From Mobula birostris (lineage: Eukaryota), in contig NC_092384.1 in assembly GCF_030028105.1 (NCBI RefSeq), positions 65,971,548 through 66,035,547 of the forward strand: DNA of 64,000 nt. Direction: 5' to 3'. The notes below the pieces were generated by a model, which was not told the DNA's origin, searched no databases, and saw nothing but the letters and a program-made list of their open reading frames with translations. A program made the position numbers and the translations under genes. Positions 34,540-46,309 of this stretch are shown piece by piece; the stretch's first letter is position 1, and each line of letters starts with the position of its first letter.

Positions 34540-37115
34540 AGCAACACACACAAAATTCTTTCTGGAGGAACTCAGGAGTCAGGCAGTGTCAATGGAAAAA
34601 AGTAAACAACTGACGTTTTGGGCCGAGACCCTTCTTCAGGACTGGAAAGGAAGGGGAAAAATGCCTGAATAAAAAGATGGGAGGGGAAAGCACCCATCAC
34701 CGACTTTATCCGCTCAGGGGATCTCCCATCCACTGCTACCAACCTTATAGTTCCCACACCCCGCACTTCCCGTTTCTACCTCCTACCCAAGATCCACCTG
34801 CCTGTCCTGGCAGACCTATTGTCTCAGCTTGCTCCTGCCCCACCGAACTCATTTCTGCATACCTCGACACGGTTTTATCCCCCCTTGTTCAATCCCTTCC
34901 GACCTATGTCGTGACGCTTCTCACGCTCTTAAACTTTTTGATGATTTTTAAGTTCCCTGACCCCCACCGCTTTATTTTCACCATGGATCTCCAGTCCCTA
35001 TATACTTTCATCCCCCATCAGGAAGGTCTCAAAGCTCTCCGCTTCTTTTTGGATTCCAGACCTAACCAGTTTCCCTCTACCACCACTCTGCTCCGTCTAG
35101 CGGAATTAGTCCTTAATAATTTCTCCTTTGGCTTCTCCCACTTCCTCCAAACTGAAGGGCGTAGCTATGGGCACCCATATGGGTCCTAGCTGTGCCTGCC
35201 TTTTTGTTGGCTTTGTGGAACAATCTATGTTCCAAACCTATTCTGGTATCTGGCCTCCACTTTTCCTTCGCTGCATCGATGACTGCTCACGCATGCTGAG
35301 CTCGTTGACTTCATTAACTTCGCCTCCAACTTTCACCCTGCCTTCAAGTTTACCTGGTCCATTTCTGACACCTCCCTCCCCTTTCTAGATCTTTCTGTCT
35401 CTGTCTCTGGAGACGGCTTATCTACTGATGTCTACTATAAGCCTACTGACTCTCACAGCTATCTGGACTATTCCTCTTCTCATCCTGTCTCTTGCAAAAA
35501 TGCCATCCCCTTCTCGCAATTCCTCCATCTGTGCCGCATCTGCTCTCAGGATGAGGCTTTTCATTCCAGGACGAGGGAGATGTCCTTTTTTAAAGAAAGG
35601 GGCTTCCCTTCCCCCACCATCAACTCTGCTCTCAAACACATCTCCCCTATTTCTTGCACATCTGCTCTCACTCCATCCTCCCGCCACCCTACTAGGAATA
35701 GGGCTCCCCTTGTCCTCACCTACCACCCCACCAGCCTCCGGGTCCAACATATAATTTGTTGTAACTTCCACCACCTCCAACGGGATCCCACCACTAAGCA
35801 CATCTTTCCCTCCCCCCCCCCCCCGACTTTCCACAGGGATCGCTCCCTATGCGACTCCCTTGTCCATTCGTACCCCTCCCCACCCATCTCCCTCCTGGCA
35901 CTTATCCTTGTAAGCGGAACAAGTGCTACACATGCCCTTACACTTCCTCCCTTACCACCATTCAGGGCCCCAGACAGTCCTTCCAAGTGAGGCGACACTT
36001 CACCTGTGAGTCAGCTGGGGTGGTATACTGTGTCCGGTGCTCCCGATGTGGCCTTCTATATATTGGCAAGACCCGACACAGACTGGGAGATCGTTTCGCT
36101 GAACACCTACGCTCTGTCCGCCAGAGAAAGCAGGATCTCCCAGTGGCCACACATTTTAATTCCACGTCCCATTCCCATTCTGATATGTCTATCCACGGCC
36201 TCCTCTACTGTAAAGATGAAGCCACACTCAGGTTGGAGGAACAACACCTTGTATTCCATCTGGGTAGCCTCCAACCTGATGGCATGAGGATTGACTTCTC
36301 TAGCTTCCGCTAATGCTCCACCTCCCCCTCGTACCCCATCCGTTATTTATTTATATACACACATTCTTTCTCTCACTCTCCTTTTTTCTCCCTCTGTCCC
36401 TCTGACTATACCCCTTGCCCATCCTCTGGGTTTCCCCCCTCCCCCTTTTCTTTCTCGCTGAGCCTCCTGTCCCATCATATCCCTTTTGCCAATCACCTGT
36501 CCAGCTCTTGGCTCCATCCCTCCCCCTCCTGTCTTCTCCTATCATTTTGGATCTCTCCCTCCCCCTCCCACTTTCAAATCTCTTACTAGCTCTTCTTTCA
36601 GTTAGTCCTGATGAAGGGTCTTGGCCCAGAACGTTGACTGTACCTCTTCCTAGAGATGCTGCCTGGCCTGCTGTGTTCACCAGCAACTTTGATGTGTGTT
36701 GCTTGGAGGGGAAAGACGTTAGCTGGAAGGTGACAGGTGCAGCCAGGTAAGGGCAGGAGAAGAAAGAATCTGACTGGAGAGAAAAGTGGACAGTAGGAGA
36801 AAGGGAAGGAGGAGGGGACCCAGAGGGAAGTAATAGGCTGGTGAAAATAAGTGAAACTTTCCTCTTCTATTGGATTCTTTCTTCTCCTGCTCTTCACCTT
36901 TCCCACCCATCTAGCTTCACCTGTCACCTTCCAGCTGGCCTCTTTCCCCTCCCTCCCCCACCTTTTTATTCAGGCATCTTCACCCTTCCTTTCCAGTCTT
37001 GAAGAAGGGTCTCAGCCTGAAAAGCCAGCTGTTTACTGCTTGTCCTGCTGAATTCCTCTAGCATCTTGTGTGTGTTGCCCTGGATTACCAGCATCTGCAG
37101 ACTTCCTCATGTTTG
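34540..37115. mobile_element. Older fold-back Penelope pLTR element, split by the younger Penelope insertion
   Basis: 34540-34690 plus 36716-36770 is the reverse complement of ~36880-37080 (e.g. GACCCTTCTTCAGGACTGGAAAGGAAGGG...GCCTGAATAAAAAG vs CTTTTTATTCAGGC...CCTTCCTTTCCAGTCTTGAAGAAGGGTC). Confidence 0.7.
34691..36704 (+). mobile_element. Penelope-like retroelement (probably Neptune type): frameshifted RT + GIY-YIG endonuclease + pseudo-LTR
   Basis: RT motifs PGRPIVS, TMDLQSLYTFIPH, GVAMGTHMGPS, RCIDDC; Cys-rich linker PCKRNKCYTC; GIY-YIG GVVYCVRCSRCGLLYIGKT..RL.DRFAEH; 11-bp TSD GGAGGGGAAAG (34680-34690 / 36705-36715). Confidence 0.92.
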
Positions 37116-38799
37116 TATTCTAATTTGACAACATTAAACTAAATAAAAATAGAAGACAATGAAATAGTCCTACATTTTTTGGAGATTGAAAGAGTGAGAA
37201 ATGAACTCATGGAAAAATAACATTTCTGGAGAGCCCTGCTAGGTACATGCAAAAGATTGTTCGTGGTAAAAGCAAACAAAAAAAATTCTACCTGGCAAAT
37301 AAAACAATTTCCTTGAGGCTTACTGAGATATTACAATGAAGTCGGGTTGCACTTTCGCTACCTTGGGATGTCCCAAAGAGCTTTACACCAAATTAACTAC
37401 TTTTGAATAGTAATCAGTATTGTAAGAGCAAAACACAAAATGCTAGAGAAACTCAGTAGGTCTCACAGCACCTACGAAGGGAAGTAAACAGTCATTGGAT
37501 CATGCCAAGACCTTTCATTGCAACTACATCACTAATGTAATGTACATAGGAAGAAAGCAAATCTCCATTCAAGAAGTTCCCATCAGATTATGATCAGATC
37601 ATCTGCTTTTATCAATGTAGAAATATAGACCAGGATACTCTGTTTTTCTCTGAAATAATATCATACATATCTTATGTTTATTCAGAAGAACAGATGATAC
37701 TTTCTTTTAATGTTTTACCTGAATGGCCGCACTAGTAACAGTGCAGTACAACCGTTACTCAATTGTCTCAATTGTTTTTTTATATATCCAAGTCTCGGGA
37801 GTGAGACATTGTGATGCAGAGGCAACATTGTTAGCCAATGAACCACAGCAACCAATTTTCCATCCACATTTTTTTAACTTTAGACATCAACTGGAATCCA
37901 TCCAGCACTAAAGCCACTCTAATTCCATCTGGGAAAATCAGCAGTCTGTTCAGCCCCAACACCCCCCCCCCCCCAGTTGTGCTCCATTTCTCCATTTCCT
38001 TTGATAGACTGCTTAACAAGTATCCTCAATCTCCATACTGAAGGTTTAAATTCACCGAGCAGTCATTTTCAGGTGACAGAATTGGAATATCTTTCTGATT
38101 ATACCTTTCAATGTTGGAACCACTAATTCTATTATACTGCCTTTCGTACCTCCTTTTTCTCTGCCTATCCCACGGCAACCTATTATTTTAAAAACAGAAC
38201 TAAATTAGTCTTCAACCTTCTTTAAAAAATATTAAAAATAATTCATGTTTATGCACCTGTCCTCAATGCAGGTGCTGGCATCAGTTAGTTAATCTGCACA
38301 TTGCTGTCTTTCAAGCAAATAATTTCCCCAAGTCTCTGTCCAAAACTTTCCACAGATTTGACTAATGCCTTGACCAATTCCCTCACATGTACTGCAACCC
38401 CGCTCATCAGTTTGAACATGTGTTTTTGAGTTTGTAGTGGGATCTATGAATATGAGCAACCACGTTAGGAATGAATTAAAAAAATTAGGATGAGAAGTAG
38501 TTTAAAAAAATGACTGAATTATTGACACAATTATTTGTGTAAAATGCTAAAGTATTTAAAGATATGAATTGTATTAGTTTAGTCAATTGAGGCTGAGTTC
38601 ACTCAGTTGTAGAAAGTATGCTAATCCAGTTAGAAAATCCCTTTGAGAACAAATAACCTGTTAAGTTTGTTCTGCTCATGACAAAGTGCGGTCTGTACAG
38701 AAAGGAAATCTGCTGTGTGCCTTTCACACTGAATCAGATGATACATATCACTAGCATTTTTCCTCAGTAACGAACTATATGTTGCTGATGCAAGCTGGC

Positions 38800-39175
38800 A
38801 GGTGATAAGTGAAGCCTATCATCTCCCTCAAGTGCCCCTCTGTCTTTCCTTTCTCCCATGGTCCATTCTCCTCTCTTATCAAATTCCTCCTTTTTTAGTC
38901 CTTTTATACCTATCACCTTCCAGCTTCTCACTTCATCCCCTCACACCCACCTACCTATCCTCCCCTTTACCTGGCTTCACCCATCACCTTCCATCTTGCG
39001 CTCCCTCCCTGCTCTCACCCCCACCATCTTATTATGAATTTTTTTTGATCAATGGTCTCAGCCCAAAATGTCAACTGTAAATTCCTCTCCTCAGACGATA
39101 CCTGACCTGCTGAGTTCCTCCAGCATTGTGTGTGTGTTATTCTGGATTTCCAGCATCTGCAGAATCTGTTGTGTT
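38800..39175 (+). mobile_element. Older Penelope pseudo-LTR fragment
   Basis: Pyrimidine-rich body, degenerate GGTCTCAGCCCAAAATGTCAACTG, and end CTGACCTGCTGAGTTCCTCCAGCATTGTGTGTGTGTT...CAGCATCTGCAGAATC. Confidence 0.7.
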
Positions 39176-39842
39176 TCAAATTATTCAGAGTAGCTTGCTC
39201 AGTGAAGTTTGGAGATTCAAGTACACTGCTGACCAACTTATGGCTTGTAACAAAGCATTTTGAAATTGTTTTCCTTCTGTAGAGAGTGTAATATCTGCCA
39301 GTGCAATATTATTGTTTCTGATACAAAGGTATTTTCAGGAGAGGATCTGATCCTTGTGAGTACCCTATTAGGCAACATAGCAAGCATCTGTAAAACTAAG
39401 GCTAATTTTGTTGACCAATCATAATCTTAACTGCTTCACTGCTATTAGCTGCTGCTTAAGGCATGTTCCGTCTTTGCTATTGTTAACAGTAATGTTATAA
39501 AAAGACACTGTCGCACTTGATAAATTGCCCATCCTTTGACTGGACAGTGAAATGGACAGACTCAGATGAGAAGCAGAAATGCCAAACTGCAGTGATTTGT
39601 TCCCAGCCCCCCAACCCGAGCTACATTCTTTGTTGCTAACTCATTTAATTGGTGGCTTAGAGGAATTTAGGAAATGAGAAGGCAATTTAGCTATTTTAAG
39701 CAATTTTGCCATCCAAAGTAATTATGGTTGATTTCTATCGCAAATTCATGTACTGACTGTGGCGCCACAGCCTTTTCTTTTATATGCTTGCCTAGAAAAG
39801 TCCTATCAAAAATAAATGATAGACAATATTTTTCTGTAACAT

Positions 39843-39972
39843 ACACCCAGTGGCCAATTTATTTGGTACTCCTGTACCTATTAAAGTGGCCACTGATTGT
39901 ATGTTCAGGGCCATTTGCAGCTGTAGCCCATCTACTTCAAGGTTCATTATGTTGTGCGTTCAGAAATGCTCG
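39843..39972 (-). mobile_element. Second fragment of the Tc1-like family seen at 169-730
   Basis: Reverse complement of ~610-725, including the hairpin CAGTGGCCAATTTATTTGGTAC-TCCT-GTACCTATTAAAGTGGCCACTG. Confidence 0.7.
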
Positions 39973-40084
39973 TCAAAGTGGTTCTTTTTTTTGTACAAAT
40001 TTCTTTATAGAAAGAATTTATTGCATTTTAGAAATCTGTAGTTTATGTTGTTGACTGAGTTGTAGGTTAACATAGGACTGAAAA

Positions 40085-43000
40085 GAACATAAGACCATTA
40101 GATGTAGGAACAGAATTAGGCCAATTGGCTGATTGAGTCTGCTCCGCCATTTCACCATGGCTGATCCATTTCCCTCTCAGCCCTAAACTCCTGCCTTCTT
40201 CCTATATGTCTTCATGCCCTGTCCAAGCAAGAATCTATTAACCTTTGCTTTAAGTATGTATATGTAAAGACTTGGCCTCCACACCCGTCTGTGGCAACAA
40301 ATTCCACAGATTCACCACTCTGGCTAAAGAAGTTCTTCCTCATCTCTGTTCTAAAAGGACACCTCTCTATTCTAAGGCTGTGTCCTCTCATGCTGGACTC
40401 TCCCACCACAGGGAGCATCCTTTCCATATCCAGTCTATCAAGGCCTTTCACCACTCGATAGATTTCAATGAGGTCACCCCTCATTCTTCTGAATTCCAGT
40501 GAATACAGACTCAGAGCCATCAAATACTTTTCATGTGACAAGCCGTTCAACCCTCCAATCGTTTTTGTGAATCTCCTTTGAACCCTCTTCAGTGTCAGCG
40601 CATCCTTTCTAAAATAAGGGGCCCAAAACTACTCACAATACTCCAAGTGAGGCCTCACCACTCACTTATAAAGCCTTAACATTATGTCCTTGCTTTTATA
40701 TTCTAGTCCTCTCAAAATGAATGCTAACATCGCATTTGCCTTCCTCACCACTTACTCAACCTGCAAATTAACCTTTAGGCAACCCTGCACAAGGACTCCC
40801 AAGTCCCTTTGTGCCTCAAAGTTTTGAATTTTCTCTCCATCTGGAAAATAGTCTACCCTTTTATTTCTTCTACCAAAGTGCATGACCGTACACTTCTTGA
40901 CACTGTATTCTATTTGCCACTTTTTCGCCCATTCTCCTCATCTATCTATCCTTTTGTAGCCTTTCTACTTCCTCAAAACTAACTGCCCCTCCACCTATAT
41001 TCATATTGTCTGCAAACTTTGCCACAAAGCCATCAATTCCATCATCCAAGTCATTGACATGTGACGTAAAAAGAAGCGGTCCCAACACAGACCCCTGTGG
41101 AACCCCACTAGTCACTGGCAGCCAACCAGAAAAGGCTCCCTTTATTCCCACTCTTTGTCTCCTGCCAGTCAGCCACTGCTTTATCCCTGCTAGAAACCTT
41201 CCTGTAATATCATGGGCTTTTAACTTGTTAAGCAGCCCATGGCATTTTGTCAAAGGCCTTCTGACAATCCAGGTACGCTCCATCAACCGAGTCTCCTTTG
41301 TCTATCCTGCTTGTTATTTCTTCAAAAAATTCCAACAGGTTTGTCAGGCAAGATTTTCCTTTGAGAAAACAATGCTGACTGCAGCCTCTTTTTTCATGTG
41401 CCTCCAAGTCCTTAACAATGACTCCAATATCTTCCCAACCACTGAGGTCAGACAAACTGGCTTATAAATTCCTTTCTTCTGCCTCTATCCCTTCTTGAAG
41501 AGTGGAGTGACATTTGTAAGTTTCCAGACTTCTGTAACAAATCCAGAATCTAGTGATTCTTGAAAGATCATTTCTAATATCTCTACAGTCTCTTCACCCA
41601 CTTTTTTCAGAAGTCTGGGGTGTACGCCATCTGGTCCAGGTGACTTATCTACCTTCAGGCATTTCAGTGGCCTAAGAACCTTCTCCAGAGTAATGGTAAC
41701 TTCACACACTTCTGACCCCTGACATTCTCGAACTATCAGCATACTGCTAGTGTCTTCTACAGGTGTAAAATACTTATTCAGTTGTTTGGCTATTTCCTTG
41801 TCCCCCATTACTATCTCTCCAGAATCGTTCTCCAGAGGTCCAATATCCACACTTAGTTCTCTTTTACACTTTATGTATCTTGAAGAAACTTCTGGTATCC
41901 TCTTTAATCTTACTGGCGAGCTTACTTTCATATTCCATCTTTACCTTCTTAATGGCTTTTTTTTTATTTGTCTTCTGTTGGTTTTTAAAAGCTTCCCAAT
42001 CCTCTAACTTCCTGCTAATTTTTGCTCTATTATATGCCTTTTATGACTTTTATGTTGGCTTTGACTTCTCTTGTCAACCACAGTCATGTCATCTTTCCTT
42101 TTGAATAATTTCTCTTTGGGATGTATATATCCTGTGCCTTCCAAATTGTTTGGAGAAATTCCAACCATTGCTACTCTGCCATCATCCCTGCCAGTGTTCT
42201 TTTCCAATCAATTTTGGCAAGCTCCTCTCTCATTCTTCTGTAATTCCCTTTACTCCACTGTAATGCTGATACATCCTTTTCCTTCTCAAATTTCAGGGCA
42301 AATTCGATCATATTATGATCTTGTCCCCAAGGGTTCTTTTACCTTAAGTTCTCTAATCTTTTCCAGTTGATTGCACAACACCCAATCCAGAATAGCTGAT
42401 TCCCTGAGTGGGCTCAACTATGAGCTGATCTAAAAAGCCATCTTGCAGGCATTCTAGAAACTTATCCTCTTGGGATCCAGCACCCAACCTGTTTTCCCCA
42501 ATCTATCTGCATCTTGAAATCCCACATGACTATTGAAACACGTCCTTTTGGCATGCATTTTCCATCTCCCATTGTAATTTGTGGACCATATCCTTACTAC
42601 TATTTAAGGGACTGTAGATAACTTCCATTCGGGTCTTTGCAGTTCCTTAGCCCTACCCACAATGATTCTACACCTTCTGACCCTATGTCACCTCTTTCTA
42701 ATGATTTGATTTAATTCTTGCCAACAGAGCAACGCCACCCCCTCTGCCTTCCTGCCTATCCTTTCAATACAATGTATATCCTTGGACATTAACTCCCAGC
42801 TATAATCTTTCAGCCATGATTCAGTGATGATTCTGTGCCAATCTGTAACTGTGCTACAAGTTCATCTACTTTACTCCATATACTGCGTGCATTCAAATAT
42901 AACATCTTCAGTCCTATGTTCACCCTTTTTGATTTTTGTCCACCTTTTACATTGCATCTCATTCTGTTGACTGAAATTTTTCCCTATCATCAGCCTCTCC

Positions 43001-43810
43001 CCTTCTTGGAGCCACACTACACACTGCTTCTGTTTGTAAACCAACTACCTATCCTCAGCACTATCGCTCCAGTTCCCATCCCCTGCCAAATTAGTTTAAA
43101 CCCTCCCAAACAACTCCGGCAAACCTGCCTGCAAGAATATTGGTCCTGATTGGGTTCAGGTATAATCTGTCTTTTGTGTAGCTTGTACCTTCTCCAGAAG
43201 AGATCCCAATGATCCATAAATCTGAACCCCTGCCCCTTGTGCTAGTTCCTCAGCCACACATTCACCTGCCAAATCATCCTATTCTTACCCTCACTGGCAG
43301 TGTATCACAAGTAGCAATCCAGTGATTACTACACTGGAGGTCCTGTTTTACCTAGCTCCCCAAAATCTCTCTTCAGTACCTCCTCACCTTGTCATTGGTG
43401 CCAATATGCACCAAGACTTCTGGCTGCTCACTCTCCCAGTTGAGAACGCTATAGACCCAATCTGAGAACCCCTGACCCTGGCATTGGTGATGCAATATAC
43501 CATCCGAGTGCCTCCATCGTGCCCACAGAATCTTGTCTCTGTTCCTCTGACTATGGAATCTCCTATCACCACTGCTGTCCTCTTCACCTCCCTGCTCTTC
43601 TGAGCCACAGCACCAGACTCCGTGCCAGAGATCCAGTCACTGTGGCTCCTCACTGGTAGGTCATCCCCTCAACAGTACCTAAGGTGGTATATTTATTTTT
43701 GAAGGGAATGGCCATAGGTGTATTCTGCACTGACTGTGCATTTCCCTTCTTTTTGTTGACAGTAAACCAGTTAACTGTAACCAGTAAACCAGTAAACCTA
43801 GGGGTGACTA
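40085..43810 (-). mobile_element. CR1 LINE, near full length, with ORF1 SGNH/GDSL esterase remnant
   Basis: ORF1 AVVIGDSIVRG; ORF2 SPGPDGVHP, GKSCLTNLLEFFE, SGVPQGSVLGPLLF, KFADN; CR1 3' end at ~40090. Confidence 0.92.
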
Positions 43811-45140
43811 CCACCATCAGTACAGGTTTTGGTTTTTTTTGAAGGTTATAAGATTTTAGGATCAAATTCAACTAATGTATCTAATCTCTGCTTCACTGTA
43901 CCATTTTTATCATTGATGCAAAGTCTCTTCCAATACCTATGCAAGTTAAAATTATACTACCTCCCAAGTTTCCTAAACTTGAATGAAATAAGATCAATAC
44001 ATGTTCTAATATGGTACTGTGCAAAAGTCTTTGATTGGACAGCGGCACAGACACAGTAGAAGTGTTCCCACGCAGGTTGAGAGCAGAGCTTGAAAAAGCA
44101 GCCAGTTTTCAGCGGGAATCTTTGATTGGACAGTGGTGCAGACGCAGAAGCATTCCTGCGCAGGTCCAGGGCTGACCTTGAAAAACACAGTCTCCCTAAG
44201 AGTACTGTCTAGTGGAGCCGTCATCAGAGAGGTCTGAGTCAGAGTGGTAAGGTCTTGGCTCAACAGGCTTCAGCAAGAACAGGCGGAGGCGAGGTAAGTA
44301 GGTAAGTTTATTTCTTTTCTTATTAATTCTTGAAAGAATAGGGAGTATGTCTGCAGGGTCAGTGTTCTGTTCTGGGTGTCAGAGTTGGAATTTCCAGGAG
44401 TCTTCCAGCCTCCCTGAAGGCCACATCTGCAATAAGTGCATTGAGACACAGCTCCTTAGAGACTGTGTTAGGGAACTGGAGCTGCAGCTCAATGACCTCC
44501 AGCTGGTTTGGGGTGAGGAGATGATAGACAGGAGCTAAAGAAGGTAGTCACCCTAAGGCTAAAGGAGACAGATAAATGGGTGAATGTCATGAGAAGGAAG
44601 GGAGAATGTCAGATAGTGGAGAGCACTCTTGTGGCCATCCCCCTCAACAGTAAGTACTCCATTTTGAGTGCTGCTGGGGGTGGGGGGCAGGGGTGGTGCA
44701 GCGACCTACCGGAGCGAAGCGGCAGCAGCCATGCCTCTGGCATTGAGTCTGGCCCTGTGGCTCTGAAGGGTAGGGAACTGGAGAGGATGGCAGCAGTAAT
44801 TAGGGAGACAGATAGGTGATTTTGTGGACACAAAAAAGAAACACAGATGGTAGTTTGCTTCTCAGGTGCCAGGTCCACAACGTTTCTGAATGCGTCCATA
44901 ATATTCTGAAAAGGGAGGGTAAGCAGCCAGAAGTCATGGTACATATGGGTACCAACGACACAGTTAGAAAAAGGGAGGAGGTCCTGAAAACAGAATACAG
45001 GGAGTTAGGAAGGAAGTTGAGAAGCAAGATCTCAAGGTTAGGAAACAACAGGAATTCTGCAGATGCTGGAAATTCAAGCAACACACATAAAAGTTGCTGG
45101 TGAACGCAGCAGGTCAGGCAGCATCTCTAGGAAGAGGTGC

Positions 45141-45176
45141 AGTCGATGTTTCAGGCCGAGACCCTTCGTCAGGACT
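45141..45176 (-). ncRNA. Hammerhead ribozyme motif, helix III palindrome mutated
   Basis: Minus strand AGTC-CTGACGA-AGGGTCTCGGCCT-GAAA-CATC-GACT; ACGT has become ACAT. Confidence 0.6.
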
Positions 45177-46273
45177 AACTGAAGGAAGAGTGAGTAAGGG
45201 ATTTGAAAGTTGGAGGGGGAGGGGGAGATCCAAAATGATAGGAGAAGACAGGAGGGGGAGGGACGGAGCCAAGAGCTGGACAGGTGATAGGCAAAAGGGA
45301 TATGAGAGGATCATGAGACAGGAGGTCCGGGAAGAAAGACAAGGGGGGGGGACCCAGAGGATGGGCAAGGGGTATATTCAGAGGGACAGAGGGAGAAAAA
45401 GGAGAGTAAGAGAAAGAATGTGTGTATAAAAATAAGTAACAGATGGGGTACGAGGGGGAGGTGGGGCATTAGCGGAAGTTAGAGAAGTCGATGTTCATGC
45501 CATCAGGTTGGAGGCTACCCAGACGTTGTTCCTCCAACCTGAGTGTGGCTTCATCTTTACAGTAGAGGAGGCCGTGGATAGACATGTCAGAATGGGAATG
45601 GGAATGGGATGTGGAATTAAAATGTGTGGCCACTGGGAGATCCTGCTTTCTCTGGCGGACAGAGCGTAGGTGTTCAGCAAAGCGGTCTCCCAGTCTGCGT
45701 TACAGTAGAGGAGGCCGTGGATGGACATGTCAGAATGGAAATGGGGCGCAGACTGGGAGACCACTTTGCTGAACACCTACGCTCTGTCCGCCAGAGAAAG
45801 CAGGATCTCCCAGTGGCCACACATTTTAATTCCACATCCCATTCCCATTCTGATATGTCTATCCACGGCCTACTGTAATGAAGCCACACTCAGGTTGGAG
45901 GAACAACACCTTATATTCCGTCTGGGGAGCCTCCAACCTGATGGCATGAACATCGACTTCTCTAACTTCCGCTAATGCCCCACCTCCCCCTCGTACCCCA
46001 TCTGTTACTTATTTTTATACACACATTCTTTCTCTCACTCTCCTTTTTCTCCCTCTGTCCCTCTGACTATACCCCTTGCCCATCCTCTGGGTCTCTCCCC
46101 CCCCCCCCTTGTCTTTCTTCCCGGACCTCCTGTCCCATGATCCTCTCGTATCCCTTTTGCCAATCACCTGTCCAGCTCTTGGCTCTATCCCTCCCCTCCT
46201 GTCTTCTCCTATCATTTTGGATCTCCCCCTCCCCCTCCAACTTTCAAATCCCTTACTCACTCTTCCTTCAGTT

Positions 46274-46309
46274 AGTCCTGACGAAGGGTCTCGGCCTGAA
46301 ACGTCGACT
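46274..46309 (+). ncRNA. Minimal type I hammerhead ribozyme motif, intact
   Basis: AGTC-CTGACGA-AGGGTCTCGGCCT-GAAA-CGTC-GACT; predicted cleavage after C46305. Confidence 0.82.

Noticed and set aside
36604-36640. Hammerhead in the coding Penelope copy
   Set aside because: The GAAA box reads AGAA, so it is not called functional.
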